A stretch of DNA of 64,000 bases from Clostridium sp. CAG:440 (GCA_000437215.1 FR898629.1:11547-75546); one strand, 5' to 3'; positions 41,120 to 51,602 are shown, counted from the first letter of the stretch. The notes: a model not told the origin generated them from the letters alone. Program-made: numbers and translations.

Positions 41120-41343
41120 TATTCCTTCTTCTGCAGTATGCTCAAAAAATGAGTATACTGAACTTTCAGATAATTCTTCATCTTTATAAATATTTTGAAT
41201 ATGGCGAGTGATTGTTCTTCTATCTTTGCCAAATAATTCTGCCATTTGTTTTTGTGTAAACCACACAGTTTCATCTTTTTAGTTTACTTCTAATTTTACT
41301 CCTTGTTTTCAAATAAAATAATTTCATTTCTTTTTTCGTCCAT
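41120..41343 (-). pseudogene. RhuM-family gene remnant (N-terminal fragment)
   Basis: MDEKRNEIILFENK..GVKLEVN*KDETVWFTQKQMAELFGKDRRTITRHIQNIYKDEEL. It carries a frame change in an A-run and an in-frame TAA, and the rest of the gene is absent. Confidence 0.6.
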
Positions 41344-41355
41344 ACGTTTTAATGT

Positions 41356-41885
41356 TTATTTTAAATTTTCAGCGTTTAATTCTTTGAGCTCTTCTAATAT
41401 AAATTTTCCATCTTTCATTATTAGTGTATCATCAAAATAAATTTCTCCACCACCAAATTCTTTTCTAAGAATTTTAACTATATCCCAATGAATTGCTGAC
41501 CTATTTCCGTTATCACTTTCTTCTAGCGCCATTCCTGGAGTTAAATGAAAACTTCCATTTATTTTTTCATCAAACAATGTATCACACATTGGTAACCATT
41601 AACACTGTTTTTTACTGGACATGTTGCGACTTCACCATCTGGTATATTAAATGTTCCATAATATTTTTTTGCAGGAATTCCTTTTATACTAAATGTTAAA
41701 TCAGTTTCAGGTGCTACAATATGCACTTTGTCAGTTTTATTCATTAATTCTTTTAAAGGTTCCATCGCAATCTTCATTTTATTATAATCAACATTACAAA
41801 CATTGTAATAAAAATCTTTAAATTCATTTAGTGTCATATTACTTTTTTTGCAAAATATTCGTTTGGATATCTTAAAATACACCAT
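41356..41885 (-). pseudogene. M29 (AmpS/PepS-type) aminopeptidase remnant
   Basis: The pieces ...[37 protein letters not shown] and [18 protein letters not shown]...[10 protein letters not shown] remain. The N-terminal third and an internal segment are missing, and the two pieces are in different frames. Confidence 0.7.
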
Positions 41886-41986
41886 TTTGTATGTTTAACT
41901 GAAAAAAGTATATCACTTTTATTTAAAATTATGCAATATATTATAAAGATTTTTTTCTACAAACGACATATACTAAATTGTATATA

Positions 41987-43222
41987 TTATTTAAAATATT
42001 TAATTATAAATAAACTGCCTATTCCAACTTCTGATTCTACATCAATATACCCATTATTGCTTTCAATTATAGATTTAGCTAAGGCTAATCCTATACCATT
42101 ACTTTCATTTGATGAATTCTTTCCTTTATAAAACCTTTCAAATATATGAGGTAAATCTTGTTTATTAATGCCAATTCCATGATCCTTTATTTCTATTTTT
42201 GTGTAAACACTATTTTCTTCATAATGAATTTCTATTTTTGAATTATCTTTTGAATGTTCTATACAATTTTTAATAATATTTGTTAAAGCTTCCACTTGCC
42301 ATTTAAAATCGCAATTTATTTTTATATTTTTATTTTCTTCTACCAAAATATTTATGTTTTTTAAATCACATAAAATTGACACATTTTTTATTGCATTATT
42401 TATTATTTCTTGAACACATACTTGTTTTTTTATAAAATGTACTGAATTAGCATCAAGTTTTGATAATTTTAATAAAGAGTTTACTAAAAAATTAATATTT
42501 ACCAATTCTCTTCTTATGTCTTTTATAAAATCATTTCTAGTTTTATAATCCATTTCAGGATTGTCCATTAAATTATCTACCATAACAGACATAGAGGTTA
42601 ATGGAGTTTTTAGTTGATGTGATATGTCTGAAAGTGAATTTTTTAAATTTATTTTATCATTCACAGAGTTTTCTGCTACTTCCTTTAGCATTACTGTAGT
42701 TTTATATATCTCGTTTTTTAAAATTGACAATTCATCTTCTGTATTATCTTCAATATCTAATTTGTAATTTTTATTATTTATTTCTTCTATATATTTTGTT
42801 ATTTCACCTAATTTTTTGTCTTTTGAATTAGTATATTTAACAAATATTAGCAATACAGCCATAGCCAATCCTATTATGAAGCATAAATTTATAATCGAAA
42901 ATTTTACAAACATTTTATCATTTTGAATTATTATTGAATCATTTTCTAAATTTATTCCATATTGCTTTAACAATCCTGTTTCAACATCTTCCTGATTATT
43001 TAATATTTGAATTAATTCGTTTTTATCAATATTTGGATATTGATTTTGGACATTTGTTACAATCATTCCTATTTTTTTGTTAAAATTCCCTGTATAAACT
43101 TTATATTGATACAGTAAATAAAACTGAAATATTGCTGAAACTACAATTATTACAATGCAACTTAAAAGTATTGTTTTTTTAAATTCTATTTTATTCTTCA
43201 TTCTCGTCTTTATTCCTTTCAC
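41987..43222 (-). CDS. Sensor histidine kinase
   Basis: Two TM helices, an H-box SDISHQLKTPLTS, an N-box, and a G-box DHGIGI...GIGLALAK. Confidence 0.9.
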   Translation of the reverse strand: MKGIKTRMKNKIEFKKTILLSCIVIIVVSAIFQFYLLYQYKVYTGNFNKKIGMIVTNVQNQYPNIDKNELIQILNNQEDVETGLLKQYGINLENDSIIIQNDKMFVKFSIINLCFIIGLAMAVLLIFVKYTNSKDKKLGEITKYIEEINNKNYKLDIEDNTEDELSILKNEIYKTTVMLKEVAENSVNDKINLKNSLSDISHQLKTPLTSMSVMVDNLMDNPEMDYKTRNDFIKDIRRELVNINFLVNSLLKLSKLDANSVHFIKKQVCVQEIINNAIKNVSILCDLKNINILVEENKNIKINCDFKWQVEALTNIIKNCIEHSKDNSKIEIHYEENSVYTKIEIKDHGIGINKQDLPHIFERFYKGKNSSNESNGIGLALAKSIIESNNGYIDVESEVGIGSLFIIKYFK

Positions 43223-43267
43223 TAACCCACAAAAAGCAAGGTAAATAAATTCCTAGTTTGATATCAT

Positions 43268-43921
43268 TTATTCTGTATCAACTCTATAACCAATTCCTTT
43301 AATTGTTTTTATTATATCTGAATCTAATTTTTTTCTTATTCTTTTTAAATATACTGTTACAGTATTATCGTTAACATCATTTCCTGTCCATTCCCATATC
43401 TTTTCTATAATTTCATCTCGTTTTACTACTTTGTTAAGGTTGTTGAATAATAGATGTAGTATTTTTAATTCTAAACTCGTTAAATTTACCTCTGTAGAGT
43501 TTTTAAATACCTCCATTTTATCTATATCAAATTGAATATCTTTAATTTTAACAACCAAATTTTTGTTTTCTTTTAAAATAATTCTATTAATTCTTGCAAT
43601 TAATTCTCTTGTAGAAAAAGGTTTTGTTATATAATCTTCTGCTCCAAGTTCTAGTCCTCTTACAATGTCATCTTCATCATCCTTGGCTGTTAAAAATATT
43701 GTATTAATTTTTCTTTGTTTAATTTCTTTATCATACAAGTCAAATCCATTTCCATCTGGAAGCGAGGCATCTAATATTATTAAATCAGGCCTATTCTTGC
43801 TTAAATAATTAATTGATTCTTTTATATTCAATGTATGAATCGCCTTATATTTATTTTGTTCTAACAAATAAATCAAGCCTTTTGCAAGCGTTTCATTATC
43901 TTCAATTAATAAAATATTCAT
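43268..43921 (-). CDS. OmpR-family response regulator
   Basis: MNILLIEDN...LIILDASLPDG with a winged-helix C-terminus TIKGIGYRV. ATG 43921 follows a GGAGCGAGG RBS. Confidence 0.9.
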   Translation of the reverse strand: MNILLIEDNETLAKGLIYLLEQNKYKAIHTLNIKESINYLSKNRPDLIILDASLPDGNGFDLYDKEIKQRKINTIFLTAKDDEDDIVRGLELGAEDYITKPFSTRELIARINRIILKENKNLVVKIKDIQFDIDKMEVFKNSTEVNLTSLELKILHLLFNNLNKVVKRDEIIEKIWEWTGNDVNDNTVTVYLKRIRKKLDSDIIKTIKGIGYRVDTE

Positions 43922-43943
43922 TAACCTCGCTCCTTCCCCAATT

Positions 43944-46565
43944 TTATATATTTTCATTTCTTATTGTTTCTATTGTATTTTGTTTTTTTATTTTACCAAT
44001 AGAATATTTCATAATACAGGTTATAAGTAAAAATACAGTAACAATTGCTATTATTATTGATTTTATTGGAATAGTGAATTTTAATGTTTGATTTGTTCCT
44101 AATGCACTATACATTAAATATGAAAGTCCTATTCCTATTGGAATACTAAATAATAGTGATTTTATTCCCATAAATACTGTTTCAAGTCTTATCATTTTAT
44201 TAAATTCTTTAGTTGTCATTCCAACTGATTTTAACATTGCAAATTCAGGTTTTCTAAGCTCCATATTGGTAGTAATTGTATTAAATATATTTGTTACTCC
44301 TATTAGTGTAATTACAATAATAAATCCATATAAAAATATTCCAACTAAAGTAAATACTTTTTCCAGCATACGTGCATTTTCTGCAATATTATTTATATTA
44401 TAATTATAACCTTTTAATAATTCATCTATATCATCTTGCAATTTATCTGGATTACTTGAATCATAATATATCATTATCTCATTACTTTTAAAGTATTTTT
44501 CATATATATCATTAGAAACAATCATTAATGCATAATTTGAAGGTTCTTCTAATCCAAATGGCAAAATATCTGTTATTATTCCAATTTCTACATCAAATTG
44601 CTTATCATCACTTGTTTTGCAATTTATAGTTTCATTTTCTTTATATTCAAACATTTTAATATTTTTTTGTATGTATTTATTTTTCTCTTCGTCATATTTT
44701 CCAACTCGTATATTATTAATTAATATAGCTTTATTTTTCATTTTTTCATAATTTAATCCTAATTTTTTTATGTATTCTTTATATTGTTCATTATTTACTG
44801 TTTTTACATTAATGTTGCTATCAAATATATCCTCTTCTTTTGCAGATGTTCCATTCATAAATTCTTTATACTCATCACTATATTTAGAGTTTGTAATATA
44901 GCAGTTGTCATATTTTGAAATTGTATAATTTTTTATATTTTCTAGCCTAGTTGTTTCTATCACCTTTTGTTCCAATTGCTCATCATTATTATCATCTATT
45001 AGCAACCATAAATTATAGTCTTTTAGTTTTAGTTCTTCTTTAATTTGATCAAATGCTAAACTCATAAAATATGATAAAGCTATAAATACAAATACTGAAA
45101 CAGTTATTGAAATTACCGTAGTTCTATATTTTTTCTTGTTTCTTTTTAAATTTTTATAAGAAATTTCTCCTCCAATTCCAAAAAGCTTTTTTATAATCTT
45201 AGGGCTTTTTATTTTTTTTGATTTAATTTTTATTTCATTACTATTTCTAATTGATTCTATAGGAGAAATTTTTGAAGCTTTTCTTGCACTTCTTAATGCA
45301 GACAAATATATTGTTATAATTCCTAAGCCTATTGCAACCGCATAAGATATCCAAGAAAAAGATAATACAAGTTTTAATCCTTTTGCCAACATATCTCCAA
45401 TAAAAGAATTGCTAATTAATATTAATATACTTGAAGCAAATACTCCTAAAAGTAACCCTAGTGGTATTCCTATTAATCCCAATATTGTTGCTTCAAAAAA
45501 TACATTTTTTCTTATTTGTTTCTTTGTTGCACCTACACTTTTTAGCATTCCATATTGTTTAGTTTTTTCTGCAATAGATATGTCAAAACTATTTTTTATA
45601 CAAAATACTGATGTAAATACAATAATCCCACATGTAATTATCACAACAGTTCCAAGTCCTCCAACAGCATTATTATTTAATGGGTCTGTTTCTAATATAA
45701 TTAGATATGAGTTTATATTATAATTATACTTTGATTTTGAAACCTCATTTGCAATTTTATTAAATTCTTCCTCAGAATCAAATTTTCCTTTTTCAAATTT
45801 TCCAAAATCATCTTCATTTATGCTTAATATATTGGCAGTTACATTTATATAATCCTTTGAACCCTCTTTGGTATATTTACAGTATGCATCAGCTTTTCCT
45901 AAAATATTTTCATCATTTAAAAATGTAATAAAAGTATAACCTGGTGCTGAATAATTTTCTATATTGCTTGCAGGTCTTTCAATAATTCCAACTATTTTAT
46001 AAGTTTTTGATATAGTATTTATTATTTTTTCTTGTGAATCTTTATTAAATTCATCATTTTGATTTAATTCTATTCCATTGCTAACTCTAGTTCCTACATT
46101 AAGTGTAATAGTATCTCCAACATTTAATGCAATTCTACCATTAGTTTTTAAGTGGGTTGGAATTACAATTTCATCTTCATTTTCTGGTAATCTACCCTCG
46201 CTTAATTTTACAGAAAGGTTTTCTAATGATGCTTTAGTAAAGGCCTTTATAAAAGCATAAGGTTTATATTCATTTTTAGAATTTTCTAGATTAGCATATC
46301 CAACATCTTGTGTTAAAAATACCTCACTTATTTTTCTGTTATTTTTTAATGTTTTGGTTTCTTCTATTGGTACATTATAAAATACAACATGAAAATCTCC
46401 CTTTTCATAGGTTTCGTATTTTACAAGTGAAGTTATGCAACTATTATACATAGATGCAACTGCTGTTATAAGTGCAACTGATAACATTATTCCAATTATT
46501 GTTACAATAGTTCTTTTTTTATTTAATTTTAAATTTTTTATTGTAAGTTTTTTTAATAAATCCAT
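43944..46565 (-). CDS. ABC transporter permease with two FtsX domains and large extracytoplasmic regions
   Basis: 873 aa. N-terminus LKKLTIKNLKLNKKRT, with two FtsX-like 4-TM blocks (MLKSVGATKKQI and MLKSVGMTTKEF). Confidence 0.85.
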   Translation of the reverse strand: MDLLKKLTIKNLKLNKKRTIVTIIGIMLSVALITAVASMYNSCITSLVKYETYEKGDFHVVFYNVPIEETKTLKNNRKISEVFLTQDVGYANLENSKNEYKPYAFIKAFTKASLENLSVKLSEGRLPENEDEIVIPTHLKTNGRIALNVGDTITLNVGTRVSNGIELNQNDEFNKDSQEKIINTISKTYKIVGIIERPASNIENYSAPGYTFITFLNDENILGKADAYCKYTKEGSKDYINVTANILSINEDDFGKFEKGKFDSEEEFNKIANEVSKSKYNYNINSYLIILETDPLNNNAVGGLGTVVIITCGIIVFTSVFCIKNSFDISIAEKTKQYGMLKSVGATKKQIRKNVFFEATILGLIGIPLGLLLGVFASSILILISNSFIGDMLAKGLKLVLSFSWISYAVAIGLGIITIYLSALRSARKASKISPIESIRNSNEIKIKSKKIKSPKIIKKLFGIGGEISYKNLKRNKKKYRTTVISITVSVFVFIALSYFMSLAFDQIKEELKLKDYNLWLLIDDNNDEQLEQKVIETTRLENIKNYTISKYDNCYITNSKYSDEYKEFMNGTSAKEEDIFDSNINVKTVNNEQYKEYIKKLGLNYEKMKNKAILINNIRVGKYDEEKNKYIQKNIKMFEYKENETINCKTSDDKQFDVEIGIITDILPFGLEEPSNYALMIVSNDIYEKYFKSNEIMIYYDSSNPDKLQDDIDELLKGYNYNINNIAENARMLEKVFTLVGIFLYGFIIVITLIGVTNIFNTITTNMELRKPEFAMLKSVGMTTKEFNKMIRLETVFMGIKSLLFSIPIGIGLSYLMYSALGTNQTLKFTIPIKSIIIAIVTVFLLITCIMKYSIGKIKKQNTIETIRNENI

Positions 46566-47237
46566 TATACTTCACCTACAATCTTGCCATCTTCAATTTT
46601 TATAATTCTATCTGCACTCTTTGCAATTTCCATATTATGTGTAATCATAATAATTGTTTGTTTATAATCTCTGTTAGATTTTCTTAGTAGTTCTACAATC
46701 TCATCACTGGATTTAGAATCTAAGTTTCCTGTTGGCTCATCAGCTAATATTATTGCAGGATTAGTTATCATTGCTCTTCCTATAGATGTTCGTTGTTGTT
46801 GTCCTCCTGATAATTCATTTGGAAGATGTGTTCTTCTATTTTGCAATCCTAAAGCATTAATTAGTTCATCTAGCTTATTTTTATTTACCTCTCTGTTATC
46901 AAGGCTTAACGGTAATGTTATATTTTCTTCTACATTCAGTATTGGTATTAAATTATAAAACTGGTAAATTAACCCTATTTGTCTTCTTCTAAATATTGCT
47001 AACCCATCATCATTAAATTTGTAAATATCTTTACCCTCTATAAATACTTTTCCAGATGTTGGTCTATCTACCCCACCAATTAAGTGTAAAAGGGTTGATT
47101 TTCCACTTCCGTGATGCCCCCACTATTGCTACAAATTCTCCTTTTTCAACTTTAAATGACACATTATCAATAGCTTTTACCTGTGTCTGTCCTTTGCCGT
47201 AAATTTTACTTAAATTTTCTACTCTTAATATTTCCAT
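46565..47237 (-). CDS. ABC transporter ATP-binding protein; frame-broken in the Walker A motif by an extra base at 47111 (C on the sense strand)
   Basis: MEILRVENLSKIYGKGQTQVKAIDNVSFKVEKGEFVAIVGAS|GSGKSTLLHLIGG...LSGGQQQR...ILADEPTGNLD. The frames join if the sense-strand C (plus-strand G47111) is skipped. Confidence 0.9.
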
Positions 47238-47338
47238 AAAATTCTCCTTTCATTTTCTTTTACATTTACGCATAACATATTTAAAGTGACAAGTAAGTGA
47301 CTTTATATTATCTTTTAATATTTGTATTATGTATTTTT

Positions 47339-48331
47339 TTAATTTTGCTTCCACTGATAAATTTTCAAATCTACCTTATTATTAACAACTTTAATTCCAT
47401 CTTTTTCAAGTCTTTTTCTTTGAATATCTTTTCCTCCAAAGACAAATGCTTCTGCAAGTTCGCCCTTACTGTTTAAGACTTTGTAACAAGGATATTTATC
47501 TCCGTCTGGATTTTTATGGAGTATGTTTCCAATAGCACGTGCTAATCCCTTATTTCCTAAAAACTCTCCTATTTGTTTATATGTTACAACTTTTCCCTTT
47601 GGTATTGTTGTTAAATAGTCATAAACCTTTTGTGATAATTTATCACCAGTCAAACCACATTTATTGCCAACAGTTAAATTATAGCTATTATCTATTAATT
47701 TATATATTTTATTTATATTTACAGTATTATCTAAATTTATTGTAATCCAACTTTTTTTGTTCATATGGTAGCCTGGATATATTTTTTTGTTATCTATAAT
47801 TTTATCTATCTCATCTTTTTGATATCTTAAATCAAGAATTTCAATTTCTTTGTCATAATCTAATCCTAACTTTTTACTAGATATTACAAGAAGTACTCCA
47901 TACCATTTATTGTTTTGCTTATTTCTCCAAATAGCATTATTATCATATTTTTTCCACAAAAATTCTAAATCATCATCATATTTTTCTTTTATATATCTAA
48001 TTACTTCTTTTGATTGTTGATTTTTATAAATCTCATCAATAGTACACTTATTAATAATGTCTTGTATAGTTTTTTCATACTCTTGCCTAATTTCTCCAAC
48101 AAACTTTCCAGCACAATCTTGTATATCAACCATTATGTATTCTTCATCATTTGCCAAATCAATTAATTTTGATGTTTTTTGCTTATCTGAAATTATTACA
48201 ACTATTTCAAATTGTTTGTTATATATTTTATTTTTAAATATGTATTTATTTTCTTGTTTTTTAAATCCATATTCAACTAATTTGTTACATTCAATTGCTT
48301 TATTTTTTAGCATATTTTCTAAATTTCTCAT
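47339..48331 (-). CDS. MmcQ/YjbR-family domain fused to an MGMT/Ogt-type DNA-binding methyltransferase domain
   Basis: The central WRNKQNNKWYGVLL...YPGYHMNKKSWITINLD is YjbR-like. The C-terminus VVTYKQIGEFLGN...ARAIGNILHKNP...YPCYKVLNSKG is MGMT-like, with PCYK in place of PCHR. Confidence 0.65.
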   Translation of the reverse strand: MRNLENMLKNKAIECNKLVEYGFKKQENKYIFKNKIYNKQFEIVVIISDKQKTSKLIDLANDEEYIMVDIQDCAGKFVGEIRQEYEKTIQDIINKCTIDEIYKNQQSKEVIRYIKEKYDDDLEFLWKKYDNNAIWRNKQNNKWYGVLLVISSKKLGLDYDKEIEILDLRYQKDEIDKIIDNKKIYPGYHMNKKSWITINLDNTVNINKIYKLIDNSYNLTVGNKCGLTGDKLSQKVYDYLTTIPKGKVVTYKQIGEFLGNKGLARAIGNILHKNPDGDKYPCYKVLNSKGELAEAFVFGGKDIQRKRLEKDGIKVVNNKVDLKIYQWKQN

Positions 48332-48360
48332 TACTAAAATTTCTCCCACATATCATTTAT

Positions 48361-48495
48361 TTACATCTCTTCAGTAAAATCCTTTCTTATCCCATTTTGA
48401 TTTCTTGGTACATTAGTTAAAAGCCCTATTCTTTCATAATATCTTAATGTATCAGATGTTAAATTATATTTTTTACTTACTTCTGATATAGTCAT
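48361..48495 (-). pseudogene. MerR-family regulator, HTH-only fragment (44 codons)
   Basis: MTISEVSKKYNLTSDTLRYYERIGLLTNVPRNQNGIRKDFTEEM followed by a stop. The dimerisation and effector part is missing. Confidence 0.5.
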
Positions 48496-48648
48496 TTTTT
48501 CCACATCTATAAAACAATAATATACTAATTATATACCATAAAATACAACAATTTTCAATAAACTGCTTACTATTAAACTTTTTTAATTATCATGTTCCAT
48601 TTTTTTCTTTATTAGTATATAATATAAAAAGAATTTAAGGAGGATTTT

Positions 48649-49983
48649 ATGAAATTAACAAAAATAGAAACAAACATTAAAAGAAATTTGTACTTAAATA
48701 TCACATCAAATCTAAATCTTATGCCATGTTCTAAACCAATAGAAAATCAAGTAATAAATATATACCCTCATTTACAAAGTCAATCAATTATAGGTTTTGG
48801 AGCCGCAATCACACAAAGTTCTGCTTATGTACTAAATAATATAGATAAAAATATAGCAGACAAAATAATAGATGAATACTTTTCTAAAGATGGTTTAAAC
48901 TACTCTATATGTAGACTCCCTATTGGAAGTTCAGACTTTTCTACTAAAAGCTACTCATACTCATATAAAGAAGATTTAACAGACTTTAGTATTGAAAATG
49001 ATAAATTAATAATACAAACTATAAAAATGGCTAAAAAAAGGTCTTCAGATTTGAAATTTTTAGCAAGTCCATGGTCTCCTCCAGCATTTATGAAAAATAA
49101 TAATAATCTATATCATGGTGGAAAATTATTAGAAAAATACTATTCCTTATGGGCAAAATATCTTGTAAGATATGTTATAGAATACAAAAAGGAAAACATA
49201 AATATAGACTACATGACTATTCAAAATGAACCAAATGCAATCCAATCTTGGGAATCATGTACTTATACTTCACAAGAAGAAGCAAACTTATTAAAAAATT
49301 ACTTATTTCCGATATTTAAGAAAAATGGTTTAAATACCAAATTCTTAATATGGGATCACAACAAAGAAGGTCTTTTAAATAGAGCTATTTCAGAATTTAT
49401 TGATAATAGTGCCCTTGATTATGCAGCAGGCGCAGCATTCCACTGGTACACAGGAAGTAATTTTGAAAATATAAGATTGTTTCATAATTTGTTTCCAAAT
49501 AAGCTTTTAATCCATTCAGAAGGATGTACTGGTTATTCTAATTTTAAAGCTAAAGACGAATTGTTTAATGCTGAATTATACGCAAGTGAAATTATAGGAG
49601 ATTTTAATGCAGGTGCAAATGCTTTCATAGACTGGAATTTGGTCTTAGATTATAAAGGAGGACCAAATCATAAAAACAATAATTGTAATTCCCCTATAAT
49701 GATAAATAAAGGAAATAATGGTTATATTAAAACCCCTAGCTTTTATTATTTATCGCAGTTTTGCAAATATATTAAACAAGATGCAAAAAAAATTGCATCA
49801 AGCACATATACAGATGATATAAATGTAATTTCATTTAAAAATACTAATAATAGCATTATTATTGTACTATTAAATAAAACAGATAATAATAAAGAATTTA
49901 ATTTATGTTATAAAAATTACTTTTTTCATGATAATTTAGACAGCCATGCAATTGTAACTTTTATAATAAATGGAGATGAATAA
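48649..49983 (+). CDS. Glycoside hydrolase family 30 (glucosylceramidase-like)
   Basis: IIGFGAAITQSSAYVL...ASPWSPPAFMK...MTIQNEPN...HSEGC pattern. Confidence 0.8.
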   Translation: MKLTKIETNIKRNLYLNITSNLNLMPCSKPIENQVINIYPHLQSQSIIGFGAAITQSSAYVLNNIDKNIADKIIDEYFSKDGLNYSICRLPIGSSDFSTKSYSYSYKEDLTDFSIENDKLIIQTIKMAKKRSSDLKFLASPWSPPAFMKNNNNLYHGGKLLEKYYSLWAKYLVRYVIEYKKENINIDYMTIQNEPNAIQSWESCTYTSQEEANLLKNYLFPIFKKNGLNTKFLIWDHNKEGLLNRAISEFIDNSALDYAAGAAFHWYTGSNFENIRLFHNLFPNKLLIHSEGCTGYSNFKAKDELFNAELYASEIIGDFNAGANAFIDWNLVLDYKGGPNHKNNNCNSPIMINKGNNGYIKTPSFYYLSQFCKYIKQDAKKIASSTYTDDINVISFKNTNNSIIIVLLNKTDNNKEFNLCYKNYFFHDNLDSHAIVTFIINGDE

Positions 49984-49986
49984 CAA

Positions 49987-50961
49987 ATGATACAAAGAGA
50001 AGATAATCCAGAATATGTAAATCAATTTTTAGATTATACTGCAACGATTTTAAATAAATCGCCAAATACAATAAAAGAATATAATTATGATATTGCTATG
50101 TTTTTAAGATTTATTAAAATACATTTTAAAATGACAAATGAAACCGAATTAGATAATATTAAATTTAATGATATAGGAATTGATACTATTAAAAAAATTA
50201 GTCTTTCTGACATACATGCTTTTTTAGCATATATGACAAATACATTCCATAGTAAAGCTGCAACAAGAGCGCGTAAAGCTTCTAGTATAAGAGTATTTTT
50301 TAAATACCTTAGCCAAAAAGCAAATCTAATACAAATAAACCCTGCTCAAAATTTGGAAAATCCTAAACTTGACAAAAGACTACCAAAATATTTATCTTTA
50401 GATGATAGTAAACGTTTACTTAATGTCACAGCAAATGAAGATAATCGTAATTCTAAAAGAGATTATGCAATAATTACTTTATTTCTAAATTGTGGTATGC
50501 GTCTATCTGAACTTGTTGGAATAAATACTACAGATATTATATTTAGTGAATGTAAATTAAATGTTATTGGTAAGGGAAACAAAGAACGTACTATATATTT
50601 AAATAAAGCTTGTATGAATGCTATTCAAGAATACTTAAATGTTAGACCTAAAGAAGCAATTAAATATGATTCAAAAAATGCCCTATTTTTAAGTGAACGA
50701 AGAGAAAGAATAAGTCGTAGGACCGTTCAGTATGTTGTAGATAAAGAACTTAAAGCTGCAGGTTTAGATACAAAAAAATACTCTACACATAAATTACGTC
50801 ATACTGCCGCAACACTTATGTATCAGTATGGAAATGTTGATATTAGAGCACTACAAGAATTACTTGGGCATGAAAGTATTTCAACAACAGAAATTTATAC
50901 ACATGTTAATAATGAACAAGTTAGAAATGCTGTTGAAAGCAATCCTTTGGCAAATTTATAA
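49987..50961 (+). CDS. Tyrosine recombinase, XerC/XerD family
   Basis: The SAM-like N-domain is followed by RDYAIITLFLNCGMRLSEL, GKGNKERTIYL, HKLRHTAAT and LLGHESISTTEIYTH. Confidence 0.85.
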   Translation: MIQREDNPEYVNQFLDYTATILNKSPNTIKEYNYDIAMFLRFIKIHFKMTNETELDNIKFNDIGIDTIKKISLSDIHAFLAYMTNTFHSKAATRARKASSIRVFFKYLSQKANLIQINPAQNLENPKLDKRLPKYLSLDDSKRLLNVTANEDNRNSKRDYAIITLFLNCGMRLSELVGINTTDIIFSECKLNVIGKGNKERTIYLNKACMNAIQEYLNVRPKEAIKYDSKNALFLSERRERISRRTVQYVVDKELKAAGLDTKKYSTHKLRHTAATLMYQYGNVDIRALQELLGHESISTTEIYTHVNNEQVRNAVESNPLANL

Positions 50962-50967
50962 ATTTAT

Positions 50968-51017
50968 AATTACAATATTAATTTTCTATTTAGATAAATT
51001 AATATTGTAATTTTTTT
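50968..51017. terminator. Bidirectional terminator hairpin between convergent genes
   Basis: Perfect 16-bp stem AATTACAATATTAATT / AATTAATATTGTAATT with a 13-nt loop and a T-run on the plus strand. Confidence 0.75.
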
Positions 51018-51021
51018 ATAT

Positions 51022-51602
51022 TCATAACAATATAGGTTGTATTTGTTCTCCTTCAAAAGCATATTTAATTGTTTTTATTATATATTCTGGGTCAAATACA
51101 AGCGACCTTGGTTTTGTTATAGGATTATCTTGCCTATATGGAACAAAATAATAATTCTTTCTATTTAACAATTTTCCTATATTTTCTGCATTTCCGACTA
51201 AGCCCATTATTGGTTGATGGTGCAATTACAACTGGCAAATTATTTCTTAAATGTGATTTAACAGCCATTGTTGCTGGTGTATCTATTATGTCATGGGCAA
51301 GTTTTGCAATTGTATTTCCGTGTAGCCGGAGCCACTACCATAATATCTGTCATTTGTTTAGGTCCAATTGGTTCTGCATCTTTTATTTCATGTATTATTT
51401 TATTATTTGTTATTTGTTCTATTTCATCTATAAAATCTTTGGCTTTTCCAAACTTAGTATCTGTATTATAACTATTAAAAGACATTATTGGTATTATTTT
51501 TGCTTCTAATTTTACCAATTCCTTAATTTTTTCTATTGTTTTATTAAATGTACAAAATGATCCTGTAAGTACAAATCCTATTTTTTTTCCTTTTAGTTCC
51601 AA
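51022..51602 (-). CDS. dpaB: Dipicolinate synthase subunit B-like flavoprotein; two frame breaks (sense-strand extra C at plus positions 51320 and 51196)
   Basis: MELKGKKIGFVLTGSFCT...MVVAPAT|GNTIAKLAHDIIDTPATMAVKSHLRNNLPVVIAPSTNNGLS|GNAENIGKLLNRKNYYFVPYRQDN. From memory, this is collinear with B. subtilis SpoVFB. Confidence 0.85.
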
